Made by a program: the position numbers and the translations under genes
The notes under the pieces: generated by a model
Databases searched by the model: none
Told to the model about the DNA's origin: nothing
Seen by the model: only the letters and a program-made list of their open reading frames with translations
In this document: one piece after another, positions 40,119 to 49,121 of the stretch
Layout of the letters: the number at the start of each line of letters is the position of its first letter
How positions within the stretch are numbered: position 1 is the first letter of the stretch
From: Chitinophagaceae bacterium
GTDB taxonomy: Bacteria > Bacteroidota > Bacteroidia > Chitinophagales > Chitinophagaceae
Reading direction: 5' to 3'
Assembly (NCBI GenBank): GCA_043788195.1
Contig: JAYVUE010000024.1
Coordinates: 13,265-77,264 of the forward strand
DNA: 64,000 nucleotides

Positions 40119-40760
40119 TTATTGTGTCGAAGAGTTCTGAACAGTTCTGACGGGCCTTACATGAAACAGGTAAATTTTTTGATCTTTGGCTTGTTTACCA
40201 TTAATGAAACCTTGTATACATGGGCTTCCCGGTATAATTTCTGTGGCTCCCCAATAGAAACTATTAACAAAATTTCCAATTTTGTCTTTATTGAGGAAAA
40301 GTATATTTAATTCATCCACTGTAGGTAAGCGCCATCCGGTACCCAATTCAGTGCAGGCCTTGTTGGCCGCATCCCATTCCAGTGTTGCCATATCTGTACT
40401 CAATATTTCTAAATTTCCGATAGTAATTGTAGTTACAGAACGTACTGCCCGAACATGAAAGAGATAATTTTTATCATCGTTGGCTGTTTTGATTTCAACG
40501 AAGCTTTGAATATTTGCATTTGCAGGAGCCACTTCAACAGAGCTCCAGTAAAGGCTATTAACAAAGCCGCCAATTTTTTCTTTATTCATATAAAGTATAA
40601 GTAATTCATCTACTGTAGGTAAACGCCAACCAACGCCTAAAGCAGCGCAGGCATTTGAGGCATCCACCCATGGTTGAGTTGCTAAATCGTTTTTCATTAT
40701 TTCTAAATTGCCTATAATAATTGTGTCGTTAGCTGAAACCGAATTGATTTGATTGCTCAT
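40119..40760 (-). CDS. Tandem DUF1566/Lcl (C-type-lectin-like fold) domain protein
   Basis: Two ~97-aa repeats, each with W..A..AC..LG.GWRLPTVDEL...YW...VR.VR. Confidence 0.82.
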   Translation of the reverse strand: MSNQINSVSANDTIIIGNLEIMKNDLATQPWVDASNACAALGVGWRLPTVDELLILYMNKEKIGGFVNSLYWSSVEVAPANANIQSFVEIKTANDDKNYLFHVRAVRSVTTITIGNLEILSTDMATLEWDAANKACTELGTGWRLPTVDELNILFLNKDKIGNFVNSFYWGATEIIPGSPCIQGFINGKQAKDQKIYLFHVRPVRTVQNSSTQ

Positions 40761-40802
40761 TTTTTTTAATTTTTATATTATTGATAAAATTTTGATCTAA
40801 TG

Positions 40803-42188
40803 CTATGCAGTACTATTATTCCAAACAGGTATTGTACCACTTTCTGCTGAAACAGCATACACTTGTTCAGTAATTTTATTTTCATTTAATGTGATCATAA
40901 CAAATCCATTCAACACTCTTTTTTCAAGGCCGGGTTCATTATTTGGATTAGGCATTGGAGTTGTAGCATAATGATCAACGCCTTTTACAGGATTCCCTTC
41001 CGCATCATTTAATCCAAAAGCATTACCTATAGGAATAGCTGCATGGCCAAAACAACGAAGCTGTGGCGAAAGACCTGAAAGGCATTTATAGTTTCCCTGT
41101 GCCGAAGAATCGTTATAAACAATACCATTATGTATATGTCCATAATACCAATGATCGGGATAACGGTTTCCCAAAGCTGTATAAATTTGACTGAACAAAG
41201 GATCGTTAATCTTTGATCCATCAAAAGGCATTCCGGGGTGATGAGTCAACAAAACTATTCTTTGATCCTCTTTAATATTTAAATTTTTGATAAAAGTAAA
41301 TTGATCGGGATCATCCAATGCGCCGTTCAAATACAAAAAACTTTTATCATAATAACCGGTATCAAGACCAATAATTACCCAGTTACTATACAAAATGGCA
41401 AAGTAACTTGTATTATTTTGTTTAGTAAAAACAGGGTGAGTAAGTGCAGTTTTAAAATATCCATTGGCACCATCAAACATTTCATGATTACCAATCATTG
41501 TATAACTGGCAAGGCTGCCCGAAGGAAAATCAGGCAACAGGTTATGGGCCATCTGTTCTTCCCAACCGGCATAATATACATCGCCCAAATGAACGGTTAT
41601 ATCAGGACACAAATGGGTTATTGCTTTACTTACAAGTGATGAGGGTGATGAAAATCCAAAATCATTATATTTACCGGTGCCCCAATCTCCCATGATAGCA
41701 ATGGAAAGCGGTTTATCATAATCAATATTTAAAACAGAAGGTGTAGTTGCAAAAGGGGCAATTTCATTTGGAAATTCCTGGAATACTATATAAGAGATAA
41801 ATAGTTCAACCCAATTAGGGTCTAATCCTGCATAAGGTGAATTCTGGCAAAGTATTCCGTCAACTTCAACATAGCCGGGCTGATCTGTAACTGTTGACAA
41901 AAAAGAATCCATTGTATCTTTAGTTATCTCACTATCCGGCAATCCAAGTAACTTTAATGTATTGAAAACATCTGCATCAATTTCATTGTTTAATGTGTAA
42001 AGCAAATTGGCTGCTACAAGGCTTTCCGTTTTTTCAAGATCCATATTAAGCATAAACTTCACAAGAAATTGTTCATACTGCCCTAATGAATTCCAATAAG
42101 TTTGAAACCTTGATTTCGATGGAGGATCATTTTGTAGTCCTTTCAATCGTAGAATCATTGATTTTATCCTATCAGATAATTGTACCAT
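40803..42188 (-). CDS. Calcineurin-like metallophosphoesterase with N-terminal extension
   Basis: GDWGTG, HLGDVYY, GNHEM, THH, YGHIH. Confidence 0.88.
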   Translation of the reverse strand: MVQLSDRIKSMILRLKGLQNDPPSKSRFQTYWNSLGQYEQFLVKFMLNMDLEKTESLVAANLLYTLNNEIDADVFNTLKLLGLPDSEITKDTMDSFLSTVTDQPGYVEVDGILCQNSPYAGLDPNWVELFISYIVFQEFPNEIAPFATTPSVLNIDYDKPLSIAIMGDWGTGKYNDFGFSSPSSLVSKAITHLCPDITVHLGDVYYAGWEEQMAHNLLPDFPSGSLASYTMIGNHEMFDGANGYFKTALTHPVFTKQNNTSYFAILYSNWVIIGLDTGYYDKSFLYLNGALDDPDQFTFIKNLNIKEDQRIVLLTHHPGMPFDGSKINDPLFSQIYTALGNRYPDHWYYGHIHNGIVYNDSSAQGNYKCLSGLSPQLRCFGHAAIPIGNAFGLNDAEGNPVKGVDHYATTPMPNPNNEPGLEKRVLNGFVMITLNENKITEQVYAVSAESGTIPVWNNSTA

Positions 42189-42277
42189 AAATTATTTTCT
42201 ATAGTATTATTTGCCCGTATAAGTTTAAATTCCGGTTCTTTGATAGGGTAGCAGATTTTATTGTTTATTCAACAGTT

Positions 42278-43528
42278 CTATTTATTGTTATTGATAAACC
42301 TGGGTCCGTAAAAAACCGGTTTTGAAAGATCCGTGTATTTACTAATGAATTCAAATTCATCAGGATAGAGTGATGGTAATTGTTGAATAATGGAATCAGG
42401 TATTTGCTGACGGTTAATATTAAACGCAGTAAAAACCCTGAAGTCCATCATTCCATGAACAGCAGAACCAAGGCCTTTAGCCGTTTGTTGCATATTTGCA
42501 ACATCCTGAAATACATTATAATTGATCATTTTGCTTGCTGATGTGCTTAATGGGTTCCAGGCGCCGGTTGTTGCAGGGTTCCAAACCAGATCAAGTGTCA
42601 TCATCATATTTGAAAAGGCGGTATCAAAAGCCGTCAGCTGGGCACTTACATTGGGTCCGGCAACAGTATCAGGTGCATTAGGGTCTAAGGCCAAAATTTT
42701 TGCAAAGCCATCTGAAGGCATTGCCATAATATTAATTACGGCCGGCCAGCCGATTGCGGGGCCTTTGAAAAATTCCGATTCATTTTCACTGGTAAGTTTA
42801 CTGCCATCTGCCGGATCAAGATAGGAGTTGCCATAATGTAATGAGGCAAATTTGGCATAGTGTGATTCTTCGTATTCAAATTTTGCATTGGTTACAATAG
42901 AGTTGTTTGATGTTCCTTCGCCCTGTTCCGTTATTTCATCAATTCCCGAACACAACATTTCTACAGTATCTATATTTTTATTATAAATAAATTTGGGCAA
43001 CCCAATTGAATCAGGAACCTGTTTAGAAGCAGTTTTATTATTAGGATCTGTAGCTTGCTGACAAGCAGCAGTTATTTGGGGGCCATTTTCAATTATCGCT
43101 TTTTTTATTTTTTCATAGAATACACCAATTGTAGGATACTCCTCGGGAAGTTCCAATGCATCAATCAGAAATTTTGGCCTTTCTATCCGCATAAAATTTA
43201 GTAATTGAGCTTTGGAAAACTGTGCCAGGCCAATATTCAGATCGGGTTCAACACCACCGGGTAAACCTTTTACCGGGTAATTCACTTTAATATTCCTTAT
43301 GCCTGGAGTACCTCCAATAGCCGCAAGTAAATTTGAAGCAATTGCCATATGTACCATTTCTTCCATCGCCACACTTCTGATAAGATTGTAAGCGGTATAA
43401 TTTTGCACTTCAAGTGAAAACATAGCACACAGGTATGGAGGTAAGGTAGAAAACTCCAATTCAATGGCTGATTGTAATGATTGTTTGATCCAGTTCAGGT
43501 CCCTGGTATCTGTAGATGAATTAGTCAT
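42278..43528 (-). CDS. Ferritin-like (VioB-type) protein
   Basis: LQSAIELEFSTLPPYL, AMEEMVHM, FMRIERP, TIGVFY, EQGEG, ESHYAKF. Confidence 0.85.
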   Translation of the reverse strand: MTNSSTDTRDLNWIKQSLQSAIELEFSTLPPYLCAMFSLEVQNYTAYNLIRSVAMEEMVHMAIASNLLAAIGGTPGIRNIKVNYPVKGLPGGVEPDLNIGLAQFSKAQLLNFMRIERPKFLIDALELPEEYPTIGVFYEKIKKAIIENGPQITAACQQATDPNNKTASKQVPDSIGLPKFIYNKNIDTVEMLCSGIDEITEQGEGTSNNSIVTNAKFEYEESHYAKFASLHYGNSYLDPADGSKLTSENESEFFKGPAIGWPAVINIMAMPSDGFAKILALDPNAPDTVAGPNVSAQLTAFDTAFSNMMMTLDLVWNPATTGAWNPLSTSASKMINYNVFQDVANMQQTAKGLGSAVHGMMDFRVFTAFNINRQQIPDSIIQQLPSLYPDEFEFISKYTDLSKPVFYGPRFINNNK

Positions 43529-43548
43529 AGCATTCTTTATTTTTTAGA

Positions 43549-44478
43549 TTAAGCATATAAAAGAATATAGGAAATGTTATTTAAGCGGTAGGATAACATT
43601 TGACTGGATGCCGGAACAGGAGTTGTATTCAGGTTGGTCCATCCCTGGCAATCCGCATGAATTTTGTAAAAATTTATATTTTTTGCTTTAGCATCAAATG
43701 TGGCAAGGTAGGGCTCACCGTTAGACCATGGAACTATTGTAGAAAGAGAAACATCCAGTGCATTGGGAAGTAGTTTTTGCAGGTAACTGCCGATCTCTAC
43801 CGTTCCCATGGCAGGATTATCAAGGACATGATCAATATTTACATTCAGCTTAGATTTATTTATTTTAAAAAAGAAATTAGACTGGCCCAGTTGGAAAAAA
43901 GAAAAATCTTCCCAGCCTTTTGCCCACTGATGATACCAAACATTGAGCATGTTTAGTGGCGGAATTCCGCCGGCTGAAGATGATACAACTTCCAGGCTGA
44001 AAATAGCAACGGTACCCTTTACATCATCATATCCTAATACATATAATAACCCGGTAGCAACAAAAGGTGTGGTTTCACTGAAGTTCTGTGTAGGCCATGA
44101 TCTCATATTTGAAAATAAATAAGGTTTGGAAAGTGTATAATCTTTATTTATTTCATAAAATGCAAAAAATCCACCTTTGCTTTCATATCCCATCAGGTAA
44201 GGTTTATTACCAAGAACAAACATTTTTAAATTATCAAATTCATATAGATCCAGGTCGTTTGAATTTGAAATTAACTTTGTAATAAATGGTGCATCGCCGG
44301 TTATCTGGTAAACGTCTGTTTGCTTAAGTGTTTTATTATAAGCGTACAAAATGCAGTTATTTTCATCCCCCATTGTTACCATAGACGAATAACCTTCAGG
44401 CAAAATATTTGGATCTACTGAAACGTTTTGCAGTGATACACCTGCTGATGAAGATTGAACGGAAAGAATATTAATCAT
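43549..44478 (-). CDS. Hypothetical protein, beta-rich (possible propeller)
   Basis: Recurrent PYLMGYE / YVLGYD / PYLATFD strand motifs; no signal peptide. Confidence 0.65.
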   Translation of the reverse strand: MINILSVQSSSAGVSLQNVSVDPNILPEGYSSMVTMGDENNCILYAYNKTLKQTDVYQITGDAPFITKLISNSNDLDLYEFDNLKMFVLGNKPYLMGYESKGGFFAFYEINKDYTLSKPYLFSNMRSWPTQNFSETTPFVATGLLYVLGYDDVKGTVAIFSLEVVSSSAGGIPPLNMLNVWYHQWAKGWEDFSFFQLGQSNFFFKINKSKLNVNIDHVLDNPAMGTVEIGSYLQKLLPNALDVSLSTIVPWSNGEPYLATFDAKAKNINFYKIHADCQGWTNLNTTPVPASSQMLSYRLNNISYILLYA

Positions 44479-44560
44479 AATTGTGTTTTTAATAGTTAAT
44501 AATAATTTATGTTTAGATCAATGATTCAACATATAATTGAAATGGATCATCATACAATTT

Positions 44561-45358
44561 TTATATCACCGGGTTGGTTTTAAGCGGCCGGTTTAATTGA
44601 ATATTCAGTGATGCGTTTTCGGGTTTGGTATAATCAATACCATTCCATTTATTCCATAAGCCTGCTTTTAGTTTCATTGTAAGAGGGATGGTTTTTAATT
44701 GAACCTGAACCAGGGCTACAAAAGGATCAAGGCAGTTTGAAAAATTTTTGACAGTGGTTGCCGCATGCACCCATGCAACAGCATAATCATTGCCGCAACA
44801 AACTAATGTTGCATCAATTCCTTTGGGTGCGTTCTTTTGGAAATCGGCGGCCCATTTATAAACTGAAGAAATAAAACCGGCAACAGTTTGAGATGCGGGC
44901 CTTGCGCCAACAACATGCAATGTTTTTCCAAACATCCAATCGGCAGGATTATTAAAAAGAAAATAAGGTTGTTCTATTTTGAATCCTGTAGCTGCAGTTG
45001 GAAATGCTACCGGCACTTCTGATGTGGCACTGCGAGTCATATCATATGCATCACCATGTAAATTCGAATAGATGCGAACAGCGGTAGCACCTTCGGCAAG
45101 ATCATGCGATTGGGGAGTAGCCCAAAACATAAGTGCAGTTTGGTCAGGCACACCGGCAGGTTTATTGGTATTTGGTACAAGTGTTGGCACATAGGCACGG
45201 AGGCCAACTGTTGGTTGCAAGAGTGCACATGCAGGAACAAATACACTGCCAAGAAAAGCTGCAAACTTTGCATAAGTTAATGGTGGTGGTGCCATGTATC
45301 CCCGCCAAACATAAACCGAATCAGGAGCGACAGGATAAGATTTTATTTTTGTTGCCAT
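44561..45358 (-). CDS. Hypothetical protein, paralog of 45373..46158 (possible EthD-like alpha+beta barrel)
   Basis: Shared motifs PD.V.VWRGY, AKF...LG.VF.PA, PD.TA..FW, ADWM.G, N.Q..R. Confidence 0.7.
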   Translation of the reverse strand: MATKIKSYPVAPDSVYVWRGYMAPPPLTYAKFAAFLGSVFVPACALLQPTVGLRAYVPTLVPNTNKPAGVPDQTALMFWATPQSHDLAEGATAVRIYSNLHGDAYDMTRSATSEVPVAFPTAATGFKIEQPYFLFNNPADWMFGKTLHVVGARPASQTVAGFISSVYKWAADFQKNAPKGIDATLVCCGNDYAVAWVHAATTVKNFSNCLDPFVALVQVQLKTIPLTMKLKAGLWNKWNGIDYTKPENASLNIQLNRPLKTNPVI

Positions 45359-45372
45359 GATAAATTATGATT

Positions 45373-46158
45373 TTAAAAGTTAGTATCTCTTTCAAATTGT
45401 AAATTAAAACTGCTACCCGGCTGTACATCCATTCCGGCCCAAACATCATAAATATCAATTGGCAGAAAAGTAGGAGAAGGTGTAAAAACCTGGTTCCACC
45501 CTGTAAGCATCGGAAGTAATAAAGGAATACCCGTTACCGGTGTATTAGTGCCGGGCGAAGCTGAGCATAATTCCCAATAAACTAAATATTCATCACCTAT
45601 GCATGCAATGGCGCCATCCAATCCTGGATTAAGATTTTGTATTTTAGTTAAAGCTGCTGCTACATTAGTTCTGAAAGTAGCTATGTCTACATCCCGGGGA
45701 CGTTCGGCCACAATATGAGAAATTGTTCCATTCATCCAGTCTGCATCTTTATTGATAAGGAACACAGGAGCATCGGGATTCAAAGAAGATACTCCTGAAA
45801 ACAAAACAGGAAAATCAGCCCTGCTTAATGGTTGCCCGGTGGTGATATAAACTCCGCCATGAGTGATTGTATAAGTTCTGACAGCTAATCTTTTAAACCC
45901 ATTCCAATATGTTTCCTGTGATTTCCAGAAATTTATTGCTGTCTCATCCGGCACCCAATCGGGCTTGCCTGCTAAACCTGCAAGTGCCGTGGGTGTGTAG
46001 GAATGAAAGCCTGCATTGATCTGCAACTTAACTGTTGCCGGAATAAAAACAGTTCCCAGTAAAGAATAAAATTTTGCCAAAGGAAGTGTTGTTAATCTAT
46101 ACCCTCTCCATACCCTAACTGCATCAGGTGCTGTTAAAACGATATTACTTTGTGCCAT
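45373..46158 (-). CDS. Hypothetical protein, paralog of 44561..45358 (possible EthD-like alpha+beta barrel)
   Basis: Same shared motifs as its neighbour. Confidence 0.7.
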   Translation of the reverse strand: MAQSNIVLTAPDAVRVWRGYRLTTLPLAKFYSLLGTVFIPATVKLQINAGFHSYTPTALAGLAGKPDWVPDETAINFWKSQETYWNGFKRLAVRTYTITHGGVYITTGQPLSRADFPVLFSGVSSLNPDAPVFLINKDADWMNGTISHIVAERPRDVDIATFRTNVAAALTKIQNLNPGLDGAIACIGDEYLVYWELCSASPGTNTPVTGIPLLLPMLTGWNQVFTPSPTFLPIDIYDVWAGMDVQPGSSFNLQFERDTNF

Positions 46159-46190
46159 GTTTAATCATTTTTTATTTGAAAATATTTTTG

Positions 46191-49064
46191 TTAAGGTTTC
46201 CCATTTTCAACAATATAGGCTGCAACTTTTTCAAGAAAACCTGCAGGGGGAGATTGTTCGGCAGGCTTATCATATTTACATCCCAGCGGAAATTGCCAGT
46301 ATTGATTTACACAAAACTTACAGGCGCCTCCTGTACGGCTTAAATATTGTTTAGTTTCATCGTAGGTCAATTCATGGTTATCATACATATTTATCAATAC
46401 TGCAGCCATCGATTTATGCGCATCATAATAAAAAGGCTCAAGCTGATGATATAAGTCGGGGTAATTTTCTTTCAGCTTCTTTTTTGATTCTGCTGCTGTA
46501 TCAGTTTGCATTTGAATTTCGCGATAATAATCAGGATGTTTTATGTCTTCAGGCAAAATCGTGAAACCGTTAATTGGGATCATTGCATTTTGAAAATCTG
46601 TTAATGCTGCTATCTCTTTAAATTTATCAGGACTTAATCTGTATTGAGGAAGGAAAAAAACATTGAATGAAAAATGCGGGGTAATAACCAGCCTTGTTTT
46701 ACTTTTATAAGCTATACCATCAATGGTAAAATCAAAATTTACATATACCGGGTCATTGGGCCTGCTTGTTTCCCTGAGAAGGGTATAGGATTGATCTGCG
46801 GGGTGTTCTGATATTTTTCCGGGCTCAACAAATTTGCCAAAAATACTATAAAACATTTTCCAGCTGGATTCGCTGACAATAAATAATACTGCCGGCATTG
46901 ACTGAACAAATTGTTTTACAACCCAGGCATTTTTTGAAACGCAATTATCAACAATGGTCTCCATCTGGTTGCCCAAAAATCCCTGTGTCCAATGCGGCGA
47001 TGCACATGCTACCATATCTATCTGCGAAACATCTTCACCGATATGTAAATTCGCACTTGTAATTCCTTTTGCTTTTAAATAGTTTTGGAAATCCAGTAAT
47101 GGATAGCCAAATTGCATATAATAGCTTTGTTGTTCCTGCATGATCTCCAATTGTATTCCTTCGGGAACTGCAACTTTTCCGGCAATAATATCACCTGCTT
47201 TAAACTCACTGGTAGCGCCCATTGTATCATAGAAAAGCATGTATGGAAAATCACCCTTTGCTGCATTAAGTGAAATAACATTATCGGTGGCAAAGCCTTC
47301 ATACCTAACACTAAAGCTCCAGCTTGGGTTATCATCAGGCCTTGGTGCATTGGTAACTTTACCATCATGCGGGGCATATACTGCACCGTCGGGTAAAATA
47401 TATTTTTTTATAAAATCAAAAGAAACTTTTTCCTGGTACACTGAACGATAACGATAATACCAGGCATACTTAGCCCATTCATTGGTATTATCATCCGATG
47501 TGAAATTTGGATAAGCCCATGCCGCTCCGTTTTGTCCGGGTGCAAATGCAGTAAGATTAGGATTGATTCCAATGGTCATGATCGGCGCTTTTCGGCAACC
47601 GTCAATTACTTCGCCATTTGGGAACGAAGGTGGCCTTGTACGACCGGTAGCCCATGGTGCGTTGTATGTATCAGGTGTACGATTGGCCTGATAAGGAACG
47701 TTGATATCAAAACTAAATGCGGTATAGGGTCCGTACACAGCGTCTTGTTTATCATCTGGCCAGAAAAATTTGCAGGTACCGCATGACCTGACTTCGTAAA
47801 CTAATTTTATTTCCAGCGGATCATCTGTCCCTGGTGATTTTGTAAATCGAACGGGATTATAAACAGCAGAACCTTCACCGGCAATAGTTGCCCATGTGGC
47901 CAACGCCCCGTTGAAACTTGTATATAAACCAAAGTTAGAATAGATCAGACCTGACCAGTCACCTCTTACTGTATCTGCAATAGTTGCACCCGACTGTGTT
48001 TTATTGGGTACAACAGGATCTGAAATATTTCGAATACATGCAAATCTCACACCCATTGCATTGGCTTGTCTTGCAATGATAGCATCATCCATTTCAAGAA
48101 AGGCATATGTATCTGCTTCATCTCCATCAGCAATAAAATAAAAATCGGTAGTGAGCAGGGGGGCATCTTTAAGTGACTGAATTTTTGGAGTACCTAAACA
48201 AGCCGGATCAATACCATTATTCACCAGGTCTGATAATTGTAAAGAACTTACTGAAGGATCATTTTTATGTTTAGCCAAAAGTTGCTTAAATAAATTTTCA
48301 AGCACCTCATGTGTAACAACCGTATTTAACTTCATCAAAAGATTATCCTGAACTTCATTAATAATAGCAGTTGCCGGATACCAGGTAGGACACCTGTACG
48401 AACTGCCGTTGCCGGCATCAATAGTATTTTGAGGACGTTGCAGATCCAGTATTGCTGAATTGGCAATTACTGAATCGCCCAGGTATTGATTTAATCTTGC
48501 ACCACCTGCTGTACCAATTGTATAAACTACATTAGCTTTTGTGTCTGTTAATATACATTTCATCATAGCCGAAAGACCGTCTATCCATGGTGAATGAGCC
48601 AGGTGAGAATTTGATTTAAACAACAATACACGCCAGGGGCGATGACTTTGATCAGTAATTTCTACCATTTGAAATAATCCCCAAAGAGTTCCTGATTTTG
48701 GATCAGCAAAATAGTTTTCAGCTCCCCTTGTATATTCATGCCATTCTTTTCTCCATTCCTTATCATAAGAACCGGATTCAGTTGAACTGTTTAAAAAAAT
48801 ATGATCAAAGGCCTGCCATTCTGCACTTGTCCAGGTTATTACAATCCAGTCTGCAGCAGGTAATGGATCACCCGGCTTCCTTTTACCAATATCAATTTTT
48901 TTGGGTGCTTTATGGCCAATCACCCCCCAGTCAATAACAGGCAATTTTACATTTACGGAATAAGTGGATTCTGTTAAAGCATCTGTATGACGGTTGGGAA
49001 TTGCAGTTGCTGCATTCAACTGTAAAGAACTTATGTTTGTTGAAGACTCAAAAGTTTCACTCAT
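46191..49064 (-). CDS. 957-aa fusion: nucleoside phosphorylase/nucleosidase (PNP_UDP_1-like) domain plus Cys-rich, possibly UDG-like domain
   Basis: N-half YTIGTAGG...GDSVIAN...LEMDD...IRNISD; C-half CGTC, MTIGINPN, DMVACAS, ITPHFS, CKFC...GC. Confidence 0.7.
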   Translation of the reverse strand: MSETFESSTNISSLQLNAATAIPNRHTDALTESTYSVNVKLPVIDWGVIGHKAPKKIDIGKRKPGDPLPAADWIVITWTSAEWQAFDHIFLNSSTESGSYDKEWRKEWHEYTRGAENYFADPKSGTLWGLFQMVEITDQSHRPWRVLLFKSNSHLAHSPWIDGLSAMMKCILTDTKANVVYTIGTAGGARLNQYLGDSVIANSAILDLQRPQNTIDAGNGSSYRCPTWYPATAIINEVQDNLLMKLNTVVTHEVLENLFKQLLAKHKNDPSVSSLQLSDLVNNGIDPACLGTPKIQSLKDAPLLTTDFYFIADGDEADTYAFLEMDDAIIARQANAMGVRFACIRNISDPVVPNKTQSGATIADTVRGDWSGLIYSNFGLYTSFNGALATWATIAGEGSAVYNPVRFTKSPGTDDPLEIKLVYEVRSCGTCKFFWPDDKQDAVYGPYTAFSFDINVPYQANRTPDTYNAPWATGRTRPPSFPNGEVIDGCRKAPIMTIGINPNLTAFAPGQNGAAWAYPNFTSDDNTNEWAKYAWYYRYRSVYQEKVSFDFIKKYILPDGAVYAPHDGKVTNAPRPDDNPSWSFSVRYEGFATDNVISLNAAKGDFPYMLFYDTMGATSEFKAGDIIAGKVAVPEGIQLEIMQEQQSYYMQFGYPLLDFQNYLKAKGITSANLHIGEDVSQIDMVACASPHWTQGFLGNQMETIVDNCVSKNAWVVKQFVQSMPAVLFIVSESSWKMFYSIFGKFVEPGKISEHPADQSYTLLRETSRPNDPVYVNFDFTIDGIAYKSKTRLVITPHFSFNVFFLPQYRLSPDKFKEIAALTDFQNAMIPINGFTILPEDIKHPDYYREIQMQTDTAAESKKKLKENYPDLYHQLEPFYYDAHKSMAAVLINMYDNHELTYDETKQYLSRTGGACKFCVNQYWQFPLGCKYDKPAEQSPPAGFLEKVAAYIVENGKP

Positions 49065-49121
49065 AAATATTAGTTTTATTAAATTGACAATAATTTATGT
49101 GACAATAAATTTGTTATACAA

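Noticed and set aside
40119-40760. DGR template/variable repeat pair (DUF1566 duplication, with Avd-like genes in the window)
   Set aside because: The two copies differ at all base types, including many synonymous positions, not only at adenines; both are coding, and no reverse transcriptase is present
36576-43528. Violacein or indolocarbazole biosynthesis cluster
   Set aside because: Only the ferritin-like domain of VioB-type proteins is present; no full-length VioB/RebD, tryptophan oxidase or VioE-like gene
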